In this document: one piece after another, positions 39,656 through 49,481 of the stretch
How positions within the stretch are numbered: position 1 is the first letter of the stretch
How the letters are laid out: the number at the start of each line of letters is the position of its first letter
From: Sulfuricurvum sp. PD_MW2
Lineage (GTDB): Bacteria > Campylobacterota > Campylobacteria > Campylobacterales > Sulfurimonadaceae
Direction of reading: 5' to 3'
DNA length: 64,000 nucleotides
NCBI RefSeq assembly: GCF_002633015.1
Contig: NZ_NSIU01000011.1
Span: 5,184 to 69,183, forward strand
Notes under the pieces: generated by a model
The model's database searches: none
What the model was told of the DNA's origin: nothing
What the model saw: the letters and a program-made list of their open reading frames with translations, nothing else
Position numbers and translations under genes: made by a program

Positions 39656-40513
39656 TTAAAATAGTGTAAAGTCGTCGATATCCGCTTGCTCAGGTTTGCA
39701 CCCTTGCATTGCATTATCTTCGCCCATAGCATAGTCACGTTGCTCTTGAATCGTATAGAAAGGAACCAATCGAGCTTTGTACTCTGCTTCTTGCGCCAAT
39801 GGAACGTCGTATCCGTTCTCATTCATAGATGCGATATCACTGTCCATGATCGCACCGATACCATCGATCATTTGAGTGATACGGTCTTCACATTGAAGTA
39901 CCATGATAAATCCGAACATCGCTTTGATCACTTCGTCTGTACGTGTCAAAATCGAACTGGTCATATTCCATGATTCTTCAAGCTCGTCAAACACTTCAGG
40001 AACAACTCTCTCTTTAAAAAGAGTCAATTGCTCAAGCGCTACTGCCGCATCTTTGTGAATTGCACGCATCTCTTCGACACGCTCTTCAAAAATCGTTTCG
40101 ATCTCTTTGGTACTTTCGCGCATGCTTTGTTTGATCCACCCCAAATTGGCATGATGAACCGCCGTATCAACACTGAATCGATACATCAAATCTTTCAATA
40201 CACGCGTTCGATTACGTTGATCAATATGGCTTTGATATGCATCAAGCATTTCAGGCAAGCGTTCCAAACGCTTACGATTAATCCAAGCACTAAAAGTGTT
40301 TGGAACAAGATGGCGCTCATGTTCAGGATCATTTAGCGCAACGATAAAAAAAGTATCTTGCGGATTTACGAGTGCTCCGGCATACTCAACATGCTCGAGG
40401 CCACAGATGATCACATCACATCCGTTCTCTTCAGCACTGATCAGGGTAAAACCTGAATTTTCCAATGATGGAAAACCGGGTTCGTCTTCTAACAAATTCC
40501 AGAGGGTTCTCAT
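39656..40513 (-). CDS. Divergent CheZ-like protein
   Basis: Coiled coil, LQCEDRITQMI (DxxxQ), acidic tail DIDDFTLF; first gene of the che operon. Confidence 0.55.
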   Translation of the reverse strand: MRTLWNLLEDEPGFPSLENSGFTLISAEENGCDVIICGLEHVEYAGALVNPQDTFFIVALNDPEHERHLVPNTFSAWINRKRLERLPEMLDAYQSHIDQRNRTRVLKDLMYRFSVDTAVHHANLGWIKQSMRESTKEIETIFEERVEEMRAIHKDAAVALEQLTLFKERVVPEVFDELEESWNMTSSILTRTDEVIKAMFGFIMVLQCEDRITQMIDGIGAIMDSDIASMNENGYDVPLAQEAEYKARLVPFYTIQEQRDYAMGEDNAMQGCKPEQADIDDFTLF

Positions 40514-40540
40514 TCATATTCCTTTTAAAATTCGAGTATA

Positions 40541-40574
40541 AGTATCGCCTAATAGTGTTGCAAGTTTGTGGCAA
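40541..40574 (-). promoter_or_regulatory. TGCAAC direct-repeat promoter, site 4 (che operon)
   Basis: ttgccac-aaac-ttgcaac, 10 nt, GATACT (TATACT 6 nt further on). Confidence 0.68.
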
Positions 40575-40623
40575 TTTATGAGTTTTTTTGCAATTTACGA
40601 TAAAGTGAGAGTATTATTAGATT

Positions 40624-40643
40624 GAGCCGCTGTAAAGCGGCTC
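40624..40643. terminator. Hairpin just after the large MCP stop
   Basis: GAGCCGCT-gtaa-AGCGGCTC; no clear U-tract on the minus strand. Confidence 0.45.
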
Positions 40644-40655
40644 TTTAGAAGAAAA

Positions 40656-42983
40656 TTAGAAGCTTTCCCAAATGTCATCTTCGCTTTTAGCGGTTGGGAC
40701 GAATGTAGATGCTTTTGGAGCAGAAAACGATGGTTTTTTGACCGGAGGTGTAACTGCTCTTCTTGCAGGCTTAGCCTGTTGAACTGAAGCGACATTTCTC
40801 TCATCTCCAATACATGCTGCCACACGAACGCGGTTAAGCGATGCGAATACTTTGGTCGTATCCTGCTCAATCTCTTTAGCGATACGCTCAAGCTCTTCCG
40901 GACGCGCTCCGCCTTTTTCACGATTGATAAACTCTTGTACTTTTTGGTGTACATGCGCATGGTGAGTGAGAAGATCATTCCACTCCGGCCCTTTTGCATA
41001 GCTCTCGTTACTGTGAGACTGAATCCACTTACCGAGGTCACATTGCGTTTCATTGGTAACCGTCCAAGCACTGACGTTATCTTTGAGTTTTCCGAAGTTG
41101 TTGTTTTTGAAGTTGACATGGTCAAATTTGAGCTTATTGGTCTCAAACATCATATCGATTTTACAGACACGTCCTTCAGACTCTTGTCGATATTTTGTTT
41201 TCGCCGCAGTATCGCTCAACGATTGTGCCATACCGAGAATATCTGAACTGAGGTTACTGACTTCATTCGCCAAAGAGGCATTTTGCTGTGTCATTTGATC
41301 GAGTTGTGCAACAGCAGAGTTGATTTGGTTGATCCCTGCCATCTGTTCACGGCTTCCATTGGCAACGTCTTGAACCAAATGGGTAGTTTGAGTAATTTTT
41401 TGGTTAATTACGTCAAACCCTTTCATCATGTTTTGGCTGACACTCAAACCGTCTCGTGATTTGTTATTGGCAAGCTCTGCCAACTCTTTGATCTGTGATG
41501 CAGCGTCCGCAGAGCGATTTGCCAAGTTACGAACCTCTTGAGCAACAACCGCAAACCCTTTACCCGCTTCTCCGGCAGTCGCCGCTTCAACAGCTGCGTT
41601 GAGTGAGAGGATATTGGTTTGGAATGCGATATTTTCGATGATATTCACCGCTTCATTGATCGCTTGAGTTGCTTTGCTGATTTCATTCATCGATGCCACA
41701 GTCGTATCAGCAAGTGTTTTACCCTCACTTGCCGCTTGCTCTGCTTCACGTGCAAGCGTTGCCATTTCAGATGCTTTTTGGCTGTTAGCCGAAATATTGC
41801 TGGTTAACTCTTCGATCGCAGCAGCCGTCTCTTCGAGACTTGAAGCTTGTGTATTGCTCGAGCTTGACAAATCGTTACTTGCATTCGTGAGTGTTGATGC
41901 TCCATGATTCAACGCAATACCGTTTTTAGAAAGAAGTGCCATAAAGTCTCCGACACTCTCACTCAACCCTTGCAAACTTGTCATCATACCACCCAGTTCA
42001 CCGGAGTATCGACCACTTTCAAACTCGACAGCGAAATTACTCGTTCCAAGTGCAGACATTACACGGGAAATCTCCGTTGTCGCTTTTTCCATCTCAGCAA
42101 GAGCCGTGTTCACTCCGTTAATAGCTTGCTGAACACCTTGACTTCCTGCTTGTGTAGTGATACGGCACGATACAAAACCAACCGCCATCATTTTTGAAAT
42201 ACGTGCGATATCTTCAATCGCTACTTTATCTTGTTGAGCCACAGTATCAAGTTTATTCATATAATTATTGAATAGTTTAGATACCTCAGTAATCTCATCA
42301 TTTCCTTTTGTCTCCAAACGATGTTCCGTATCGCTTGAGTTATTAATGACTTCAAAACCTTTACGGAGTGCTTCGATTGAAGTTAATACTGCTGATGCAA
42401 TAACTTGCGCTAGTGTAACAACCAGTACTGTCATAATAATTATCAATACGATCAACGATGTATTCAAACTACTCTCTGCATCTACTTTCAATTTTGAAGA
42501 CACCTCATTGATCTTTACAATCTTTTCTTCAATTTTTGTACCGATTGCAGCCATTGAAGAAATGTTGGCTTTCAGCTCAGGAGATTCTACTATTCCATTT
42601 GCTTGTTCATACATTTTTTGTTTTGAAACTTTTTCAAAACCTTCCATGTAGTGTTTAATAAGCTCTTTAGAATCTGTAATCCGTTGACGATTCTCTTCAA
42701 CTTCCAGTAATGTATTGAGTTCACTCAAACTTTTATCAAGAGCACTAAAATCATCACGAACTTTTTGTGATTTTTCATCTTTAGGATCACGTAAGAATTG
42801 ATACACAGAAATACGTGCTTTCAATAGATTTTCAACGGCAACCTGACTTTTGCTGCTAATTGCATTTTTTTCATCAACCGTATTTGAAAAAGAGATATAT
42901 ACGGCGGATGCGATAATGATTAGAAAAATTGTGATAATTGGAAATAATCGCAACCTTTCTTTGATCGTAAGTTTTGATAACAT
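40656..42983 (-). CDS. Transmembrane MCP with CZB domain and C-terminal pentapeptide
   Basis: Two TM with helical sensor, [21 protein letters not shown] (DHVNFK, CDLGKWI, HAHVH), ends EDDIWESF. Confidence 0.93.
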   Translation of the reverse strand: MLSKLTIKERLRLFPIITIFLIIIASAVYISFSNTVDEKNAISSKSQVAVENLLKARISVYQFLRDPKDEKSQKVRDDFSALDKSLSELNTLLEVEENRQRITDSKELIKHYMEGFEKVSKQKMYEQANGIVESPELKANISSMAAIGTKIEEKIVKINEVSSKLKVDAESSLNTSLIVLIIIMTVLVVTLAQVIASAVLTSIEALRKGFEVINNSSDTEHRLETKGNDEITEVSKLFNNYMNKLDTVAQQDKVAIEDIARISKMMAVGFVSCRITTQAGSQGVQQAINGVNTALAEMEKATTEISRVMSALGTSNFAVEFESGRYSGELGGMMTSLQGLSESVGDFMALLSKNGIALNHGASTLTNASNDLSSSSNTQASSLEETAAAIEELTSNISANSQKASEMATLAREAEQAASEGKTLADTTVASMNEISKATQAINEAVNIIENIAFQTNILSLNAAVEAATAGEAGKGFAVVAQEVRNLANRSADAASQIKELAELANNKSRDGLSVSQNMMKGFDVINQKITQTTHLVQDVANGSREQMAGINQINSAVAQLDQMTQQNASLANEVSNLSSDILGMAQSLSDTAAKTKYRQESEGRVCKIDMMFETNKLKFDHVNFKNNNFGKLKDNVSAWTVTNETQCDLGKWIQSHSNESYAKGPEWNDLLTHHAHVHQKVQEFINREKGGARPEELERIAKEIEQDTTKVFASLNRVRVAACIGDERNVASVQQAKPARRAVTPPVKKPSFSAPKASTFVPTAKSEDDIWESF

Positions 42984-43027
42984 TGTAAGACTCCTTTTGT
43001 AGTTACATGAACAGCTTTAATGACGAA

Positions 43028-43061
43028 AGGATATGTTTTTTGCGTTGCATTTGTGTTGCAG
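43028..43061 (-). promoter_or_regulatory. TGCAAC direct-repeat promoter, site 5
   Basis: ctgcaac-acaa-atgcaac, 10 nt, TATCCT. Confidence 0.68.
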
Positions 43062-43122
43062 AATAAAAAATAGTTATGATTTACTGAACATACGTTCAAT
43101 AAACCATAGTAGATAGGGTAGA

Positions 43123-44376
43123 TTAGTGGCGAAGAATTTCGCTTTTACCGACAAATTGTTTTGTTTCGATTTCACGATAAATTTCATCCGAAAGTTCTTG
43201 AATCTCACGTGATGTTTCAGAAACATTCGCAGCGATTTTCGCATTCTCTTGGGTCATTTGATCGAGTTGGGTAACAGCGGTATTAATCTGACCGATACCT
43301 TGCATCTGTTCGCGGGAGGCATTACTCACATCTTGAACGAGCATGGTTGTTTGCTCGATCTTTTCAGCGATCACTTCAAACCCGCGTGTGAGTTCGTTTG
43401 CAATTGACATCCCTTCATTCGACTTGCTAGCCGCTTGTTCTGCAAGAGCTTTAATCTCTTTAGCTGCATCAGCTGAACGGTTTGCAAGGTTACGTACCTC
43501 TTGGGCAACAACGGCAAATCCTTTTCCTGCTTCTCCCGCAGTTGCCGCTTCAACGGCAGCATTGAGAGAGAGGATGTTGGTTTGGAACGCAATATTCTCA
43601 ATAATCGCAACCGCATTGTTGATCGACTGCGTAGCTTCTTGGATCTCTGTCATCGCAGAAGAAGTACGATTTGCCAATCGTGCTCCCTGTTTCGCACTCT
43701 CATCCGTTTGAGACGCCATACGTGCCATATCGTTTGCTTTTTGAGCGTTTTGTTGAACGTTGCTTGTCATCTCTTCCATAGCTGCTGCTGTCTCTTCGAG
43801 ATTTGCCGCTTGCTCATTACTCGCATTGGAGAGCTGATCCATCGCAAGACGCAACGAAGAAGCTTCGTTTTGAAGATTAAGCCCGTTTTGAAGAGATGTA
43901 GAGAGCATATGGGTAATTTCTGTTGCCAATTTATTGACACCATCAATCAATGATGCCATCTCGCCATGAAGATTCCCACGATCGATACGCCCAGTAAAAT
44001 CGTTTGCCGAATATGCGCTGAGAATTTTGACAATTTCATCAAAACGTTGAGAAAGCAAAAGACTGAATGCACTGAAAGAAGATGCGATAACGCTTACTTC
44101 ACTCCCATATCCCTCTATACTCGTAGGTTTAAATACCCCTGATTTCATTTGGTCAAGCGCCAAGATCAGCTCACCCATCGCCAACATATCTTTTTGCTTT
44201 GCTTCGGTCATTGCGCTTAAACGCTGATTGATCAAAAGTGCAATTTTGTCCATTTTGGAATCATTAAACGTTGATTTAGCGTAACGATAACGATTTCGTC
44301 TCCCTTCAGCAATATCGAAAAGATCATTGATCATCGCTTCGAGTAGATGTAAGTCTGTAGATTTGATACCGAACAT
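43123..44376 (-). CDS. Soluble methyl-accepting chemotaxis protein
   Basis: No TM stretch; HAMP-like region; [31 protein letters not shown]. Confidence 0.92.
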   Translation of the reverse strand: MFGIKSTDLHLLEAMINDLFDIAEGRRNRYRYAKSTFNDSKMDKIALLINQRLSAMTEAKQKDMLAMGELILALDQMKSGVFKPTSIEGYGSEVSVIASSFSAFSLLLSQRFDEIVKILSAYSANDFTGRIDRGNLHGEMASLIDGVNKLATEITHMLSTSLQNGLNLQNEASSLRLAMDQLSNASNEQAANLEETAAAMEEMTSNVQQNAQKANDMARMASQTDESAKQGARLANRTSSAMTEIQEATQSINNAVAIIENIAFQTNILSLNAAVEAATAGEAGKGFAVVAQEVRNLANRSADAAKEIKALAEQAASKSNEGMSIANELTRGFEVIAEKIEQTTMLVQDVSNASREQMQGIGQINTAVTQLDQMTQENAKIAANVSETSREIQELSDEIYREIETKQFVGKSEILRH

Positions 44377-44385
44377 AAATGGTCC

Positions 44386-44787
44386 TTAGAGTGTTTTGTA
44401 TAACGCGATAGCGCTTTCGATTTCATCGGCTGTCGGTTTTCGGCGACAAGAGATGTAGTGTCGGCGACCTTCACGCATGATCGGATAAACGGTAGCGTAT
44501 ACCCAGTAGTATTGGTTTCCGCTGCTGGTTTTGTTTTTAACAAAACCGGTCCATGTTTTTCCGGTTTTTACCGTATCCCAAAGATCTTTAAACGCGGCAC
44601 GCGGCATATCAGGATGACGAACGATGTTATGCGGTTTTCCGATCAACTCTTCGACTCGATAATCGGCGATGCTACAGAAATCATCATTCGCGAAAACGAT
44701 AATCCCTTTTTCATCGGTTTCTGAGACCAAAAAAGCTTTATCGCTTAAAATACGCTCAGCTCCATTTGTAGTGAAAATATTCGACAT
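44386..44787 (-). CDS. Stand-alone Aer-type PAS protein (CetB-like)
   Basis: VSETDEKGII, GKPHNIVRHPDMP, WTGFVKN, YYWVYATV. Confidence 0.9.
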   Translation of the reverse strand: MSNIFTTNGAERILSDKAFLVSETDEKGIIVFANDDFCSIADYRVEELIGKPHNIVRHPDMPRAAFKDLWDTVKTGKTWTGFVKNKTSSGNQYYWVYATVYPIMREGRRHYISCRRKPTADEIESAIALYKTL

Positions 44788-44818
44788 GATGTGTCCTACT
44801 CATAAAAATATACTTAGA

Positions 44819-44852
44819 ATAATAGAGAAACAGTGTTGCATATGTGTTGCAT
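44819..44852 (-). promoter_or_regulatory. TGCAAC direct-repeat promoter, site 6
   Basis: atgcaac-acat-atgcaac, 10 nt, TATTAT. Confidence 0.72.
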
Positions 44853-44872
44853 TTGAGAGAAAAGAAGTTTTA

Positions 44873-44891
44873 GAGCTAGAGTATCTAGCTC
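44873..44891. terminator. Hairpin downstream of the split MCP
   Basis: GAGCTAGA-gta-TCTAGCTC, followed by a T7 run on the plus strand. Confidence 0.45.
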
Positions 44892-44903
44892 CTTTTTTTA
44901 GTA

Positions 44904-46173
44904 TTAACGTGCAGATGCGAGAATTTGGTCTTTTCCGATAAATTCTTTTGCCGATATTTCGTTATACATCGTATCCGAAAGTTCTTGCACGAACCCCGAG
45001 AGAGAAGCAACATTCGTCGCTGTTTTAGCATTTTGCTGCGTGATTTGGTCAAGCTGATGAATCGCATCATTGATTTGGTTGATACCCGACATTTGCTCAT
45101 GACTGGCGCCAGAAACATCTCGTACCAATTCATCGGTCAATGCGATTTTCTCCGCAATCGTCGCAAAACTCTCCATCATCTTTTCAGCCGTTCCAACGCC
45201 GCCGAGAGATTTTTCACGTGCCGTTTGGGCAACGTTTTGTATCTGTCTTGCTGCATCCGCAGAACGGTTTGCCAAATTTCGTACCTCTTGAGCAACTACC
45301 GCAAACCCTCGCCCAGCTTCCCCTGCCGTTGCCGCTTCAACTGCAGCATTGAGGCTGAGAATATTGGTCTGAAATGCAATATTATTGATAATATCGACGG
45401 CTTGATTGATCGCTTCGGTTGCCGCTTGAATCTCACTCATCGCGATAAAACTCTGTTGTGCAATCTGATTTCCGTATTCTGAAGCTTCTTTGGCTTCTTT
45501 TGCTACCTGCAGCATGCTGTTTGCTTTAGAAGCGTTTGAAGCGACATTGGAGGTTAGCTCTTCGATCGCAGCTGCCGTTTGTTCCAGACTTGCAGCCTGT
45601 TCGTTTGCACTGGAGCTAAGTTCATCGGAATATTGTGACAATTCAATCGTATCACGCTGTAATGCAAGAGCATTGGTGAGTTGGTGACGATATTGTTCGG
45701 CAATAATTTCTTGGAGTTCATTGATTATGTTCATTGAGAGCACGGATATCATGATGCCATCCGTCTGCTTTAAACGGAATACGCAAATCATTATGACTGA
45801 TACGGCTAAACCCGTTCTCGATTTCGCTAAAAAGTTCTTTGAGCCGTGTCATAAGTCCATTATAAAAATTCGTCGTTTCTTTGAGAACTCCGCTCCCGTT
45901 TTGAGTACAGTTTGCCATACTGACATTACTCAACTCTCCCGTTTTCGCACGAAAAACCGACATCGCCAACATACCCGCTTGGATATAGTTTGCATCGCGG
46001 ACATTTTTATATTCTCCCGCAAACTGATTCAAATCATGCAGCAGATCATTCACCCGCGCACTTCGTGCATCGGGCGAAATAGCCGTTTCGTTGACTTTTT
46101 CCAAAACAAAATTGCGGCACTCTTGAATCGCCTGTTTTAAAACGAGATAATCGGATTTACTGATATCAAACAT
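44904..46173 (-). pseudogene. Soluble MCP split by an apparent one-base insertion near 45725
   Basis: ORFs 45718-46173 and 44904-45791 join into a full paralogue of 43123-44376 if one A of cataatc is removed; real lesion or sequence error. Confidence 0.8.
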
Positions 46174-46181
46174 TATTTTCC

Positions 46182-46562
46182 TTAGTGCATTGTTTTGTAA
46201 AGTGCATCGTATTTTTTAATTTCTGCACGTGTGGGTTTACGTCGCAACGATAGATATCGTGTTTCGCCGTTTTCAAACGTAATCGGAGATACCGTCGCAT
46301 ACACCCAATAAAACGCACCGCTTTTGGCTCGGTTTTTTACAAATCCGTTCCATGTATTTCCCACCTTGATCGTATCCCAAAGATCTTTGAACGCCACACG
46401 CGGCATATCGGCATGGCGTAAAATATTGTGCGGTTTACCCAATAACTCATCCCAACTGTAACCGCTATAGCGGATAAAATCATCATTTGCGAAGGTGATG
46501 ATCCCGCGAGAATCGGTTTCTGAAATAATCAAAGAGGATTCATCCATTTCGATTTCATGCAT
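46182..46562 (-). CDS. Stand-alone Aer-type PAS protein (CetB-like)
   Basis: [39 protein letters not shown]. Confidence 0.9.
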   Translation of the reverse strand: MHEIEMDESSLIISETDSRGIITFANDDFIRYSGYSWDELLGKPHNILRHADMPRVAFKDLWDTIKVGNTWNGFVKNRAKSGAFYWVYATVSPITFENGETRYLSLRRKPTRAEIKKYDALYKTMH

Positions 46563-46630
46563 TTTGTATACTTCCTTAATCCAAAGATGTACTTTTTAAA
46601 AAAAGTTATATGTAATTTTTAGCAGGGAGC

Positions 46631-46664
46631 ATCCTAACGCTTTTGTGTTGCAAATACGTTGCAA
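46631..46664 (-). promoter_or_regulatory. TGCAAC direct-repeat promoter, site 7
   Basis: ttgcaac-gtat-ttgcaac, 10 nt, TAGGAT. Confidence 0.72.
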
Positions 46665-46733
46665 AAAGAGAACAAATTGTGATATTAATATGATATATGT
46701 CGCTTAAAAATTTAAATTGTGAAAAATCGAAAT

Positions 46734-46767
46734 TTGCAACACAGTTGAAACACTGCACCGCTAAAAT
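46734..46767 (+). promoter_or_regulatory. TGCAAC direct-repeat promoter, site 8 (divergent from site 7)
   Basis: ttgcaac-acag-ttgaaac, 10 nt, TAAAAT. Confidence 0.7.
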
Positions 46768-46811
46768 TCTCTCACTATAAAAAAATTATTTTAACTATAA
46801 GGTGTAGTCAT

Positions 46812-48254
46812 ATGAAAACGGTATTGCTAGTAGATAAAAACACGGAAAGTCGCTCTTATCTTCGAACCATGATCGAAGAGTATGTTCATGACAAACACAA
46901 AAAAATCGCTATTCATGAAACGCAAAGCGGTAGTGAAGCCGTGATGCTTTGCGAAGAGGAACAATTTGATTTGGTTTTTATAGATACCGAAGTCTCCGAA
47001 ATGGATAGCGCAAGAACAACAGAACTGATCCGTGAAAAAAATCCAAAAGCAGTCATTATCGTAACATCCGACTCAGAAAATTCGGAACTTCGAAGCCGTC
47101 TTTTACAGTGTGGTGCAGAGGATTACATCAGAAAATCGATTGACAGCGATCTTTTTTACTCCCGATTGGATAACTATATCGACCTTATCAAATCACGACG
47201 TTTACATCTCTCCATCCATGAGGGGCATAATCTCTATAACCATGAAACCTATGGAAGAACCATCTCCTATTTTATTAAAGAACATGATGTATTAGCCGAA
47301 TTTTGGGAGTATTATCTCCTTGAAACCCAAGAGACACGAACGTTGACCGATGCATGCCGACGCTGTAACGTGGGAAAAAGCATTCTCAATATTCATCAAG
47401 CTTCCACGCGCCTTTCTGATACCGTACGTGCTATATATGATATTGCGCTTCTTGCATTGAACCTCAACCTAACACCACACATATGGATCGAAGAATCAGA
47501 TAGAAACATCTACTTTACGATTGAGGGGCTAAGTCTTGTAAACCCTGATTTGATTTTGGCTATTTTGAATAAAATTCCAGAATTTGATGCCTATAAATTC
47601 GACCACTACAAAGTCACCGTTTTCGCACCTCGTGAGAAAAAAGAGGTATGCAAAAATGAACCGACATACAATGAGAACATCATTCACACCCCAATTCAAA
47701 CTCCAGAGATTATTCATGTCTCAACAACCGAGTCTCCAGTAGAAGAAACGATAGTAGTCTCCTCAACAACCGATTTTACCCCTGTTGAGAGTATCGTTGA
47801 ATTGCAAACATTTAACTACATGGATGAAGAAGATTTAGACGATATCAAAGATAATCTTTCGCGTTTGAACACACTATTGCTCATCGTTGGAAGCGGAGAC
47901 ATCCGCCCCGATGAAGTCGATGAAATAGCATTTTATCTTGAACGCATCGGGAAATCCGCATCTATCTATTCTGAGAGCTACGATATTGCCAGAGCACTCA
48001 ATATGTTCTCGTATGCGATCACAGGAAACCGACAAACCTTTATCGATAAATCATCTCTCTTGGGAACGTTTTGTAAAACATTCGGGTTAGATCTAACCAA
48101 CTGGCTCCAAGCAATCTTTTATGAGGGTGCACCGAGTGTCAATTTTATGGACGATACCATCATCAGTAATGCGCAAATGCTCAGTGAAATGTTGACTGCA
48201 ACCGATGAACCTGCACAAGACTCGATGGACATGGACGATATTTTCGATTTCTGA
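46812..48254 (+). CDS. Response regulator-like protein with uncharacterised C-terminal domain
   Basis: Atypical receiver (LLVDKN, FIDTEV, YIRKS); ends DMDDIFDF. Confidence 0.8.
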   Translation: MKTVLLVDKNTESRSYLRTMIEEYVHDKHKKIAIHETQSGSEAVMLCEEEQFDLVFIDTEVSEMDSARTTELIREKNPKAVIIVTSDSENSELRSRLLQCGAEDYIRKSIDSDLFYSRLDNYIDLIKSRRLHLSIHEGHNLYNHETYGRTISYFIKEHDVLAEFWEYYLLETQETRTLTDACRRCNVGKSILNIHQASTRLSDTVRAIYDIALLALNLNLTPHIWIEESDRNIYFTIEGLSLVNPDLILAILNKIPEFDAYKFDHYKVTVFAPREKKEVCKNEPTYNENIIHTPIQTPEIIHVSTTESPVEETIVVSSTTDFTPVESIVELQTFNYMDEEDLDDIKDNLSRLNTLLLIVGSGDIRPDEVDEIAFYLERIGKSASIYSESYDIARALNMFSYAITGNRQTFIDKSSLLGTFCKTFGLDLTNWLQAIFYEGAPSVNFMDDTIISNAQMLSEMLTATDEPAQDSMDMDDIFDF

Positions 48255-48257
48255 CAT

Positions 48258-48291
48258 TTGCAACATACTTGCCACATTAAAAGATTATAGT
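48258..48291 (+). promoter_or_regulatory. TGCAAC direct-repeat promoter, site 9; probable leaderless transcript
   Basis: ttgcaac-atac-ttgccac, 10 nt, TATAGT; ATG at 48299 is 7 nt past the -10 with no SD. Confidence 0.72.
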
Positions 48292-48298
48292 GTTGTTT

Positions 48299-49481
48299 AT
48301 GGAAACGAAATTTGATCATATCAGCGCATACAAATGTCTAAATGCTATAGGAAATTCCTTAGATTTACATACCATGCTCATAGAAGTGATTAGTACGTTC
48401 GTGCACTATTCCGATGCCCTTGGAGGGCACTACTACGAGAGTTCCTCACACACACCCATCGTCTCCGTTGGAGAAATGATCACAATCACCGATATTCCCC
48501 CTATACAAGATGGACCGTATCGTATTCACACCTACGATCAAAAAAACGTTCTTCAACTTCCTACGCATCAGGGTCATTTTCTCTTTCTTTATGAAAATCA
48601 CGAGTTAGAAGAGACCGCATTCCTGCTGTCAAGTTTCGGACTAAAACTCTCCAATGCAATCGAAGCGTGTAAAAATGTTGAAAAACTTCGCAATACAAAA
48701 TCAGAGTTTAACCCATCAAGTCGATGTTGAAAAACATAAAAATGAGCGGGCGGAACGTCTTATGATCGAGCAATCCCGACTCGCTATCATGGGTGAAATG
48801 ATCGGAATGATCGCCCATCAATGGCGTCAGCCCATCACCGTCATAGGGATGTTAACCAATAACGCCCTTTTGGATATCGAATTGGGTGAACTCAAAATGG
48901 ATCAACTGGTTGAGGATTTGGAATCTATCGATAAACAGGTCCATTTTCTCTCCCGAACGATCGATGATTTTCGTAATTTTTTCCGTCCCAATAAACTTCC
49001 TCAGAGTATCACACTCGGTGAAATCGAAAACGAGCTTATGACGATCGTTGGAAAAAGTTTTGAAAACAACCGGATATCCCTCATTTTCGAAGGGGATAAA
49101 AACACCCATCTCGTTACCTATAAAAATGAACTTTTGCAAGTTTTTTTAAATATTTTGAACAATTCAAAAGATGCTTTTTTAGAAAACAGAACTATCAGCC
49201 CCACCGTCTGTATCTATTTGAACGAAGCAGAAGATAAATTGCACTTTTTAATCACCGATAACGGCGGCGGGATCAATGCAGACGTTTTGACCCATATTTT
49301 TGAACCGTATTTCAGTACAAAAAGTGAAAAAAACGGGACAGGATTGGGTCTGTATATGTCAGCCATGATCGTAGAAAAACATTTACACGGTTCGATTGGT
49401 GTCTGCAGTGAAAACAGCACCTCGACATTCACGATTATCGTACCCAAAACAATCGATGAAAAGGGACATGATGTCTACTAA
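48299..49481 (+). pseudogene. Histidine kinase split by an apparent one-base insertion near 48693
   Basis: The sensor ORF ending at 48730 and the kinase ORF 48654-49481 (AHQWRQP, NNSKDA, DNGGG, GTGLGL) join with a +1 shift around cgcaataca. Confidence 0.78.

Noticed and set aside
41400-45400. Near-identical DNA stretches recurring in three places
   Set aside because: They encode the conserved MCP hairpin tip ([14 protein letters not shown]) in paralogues; not a mobile or repeat element.
45718-48730. Phase variation as the cause of the two frameshifts
   Set aside because: Neither sits in a long homopolymer or tandem repeat; mutation or sequence error is more likely.
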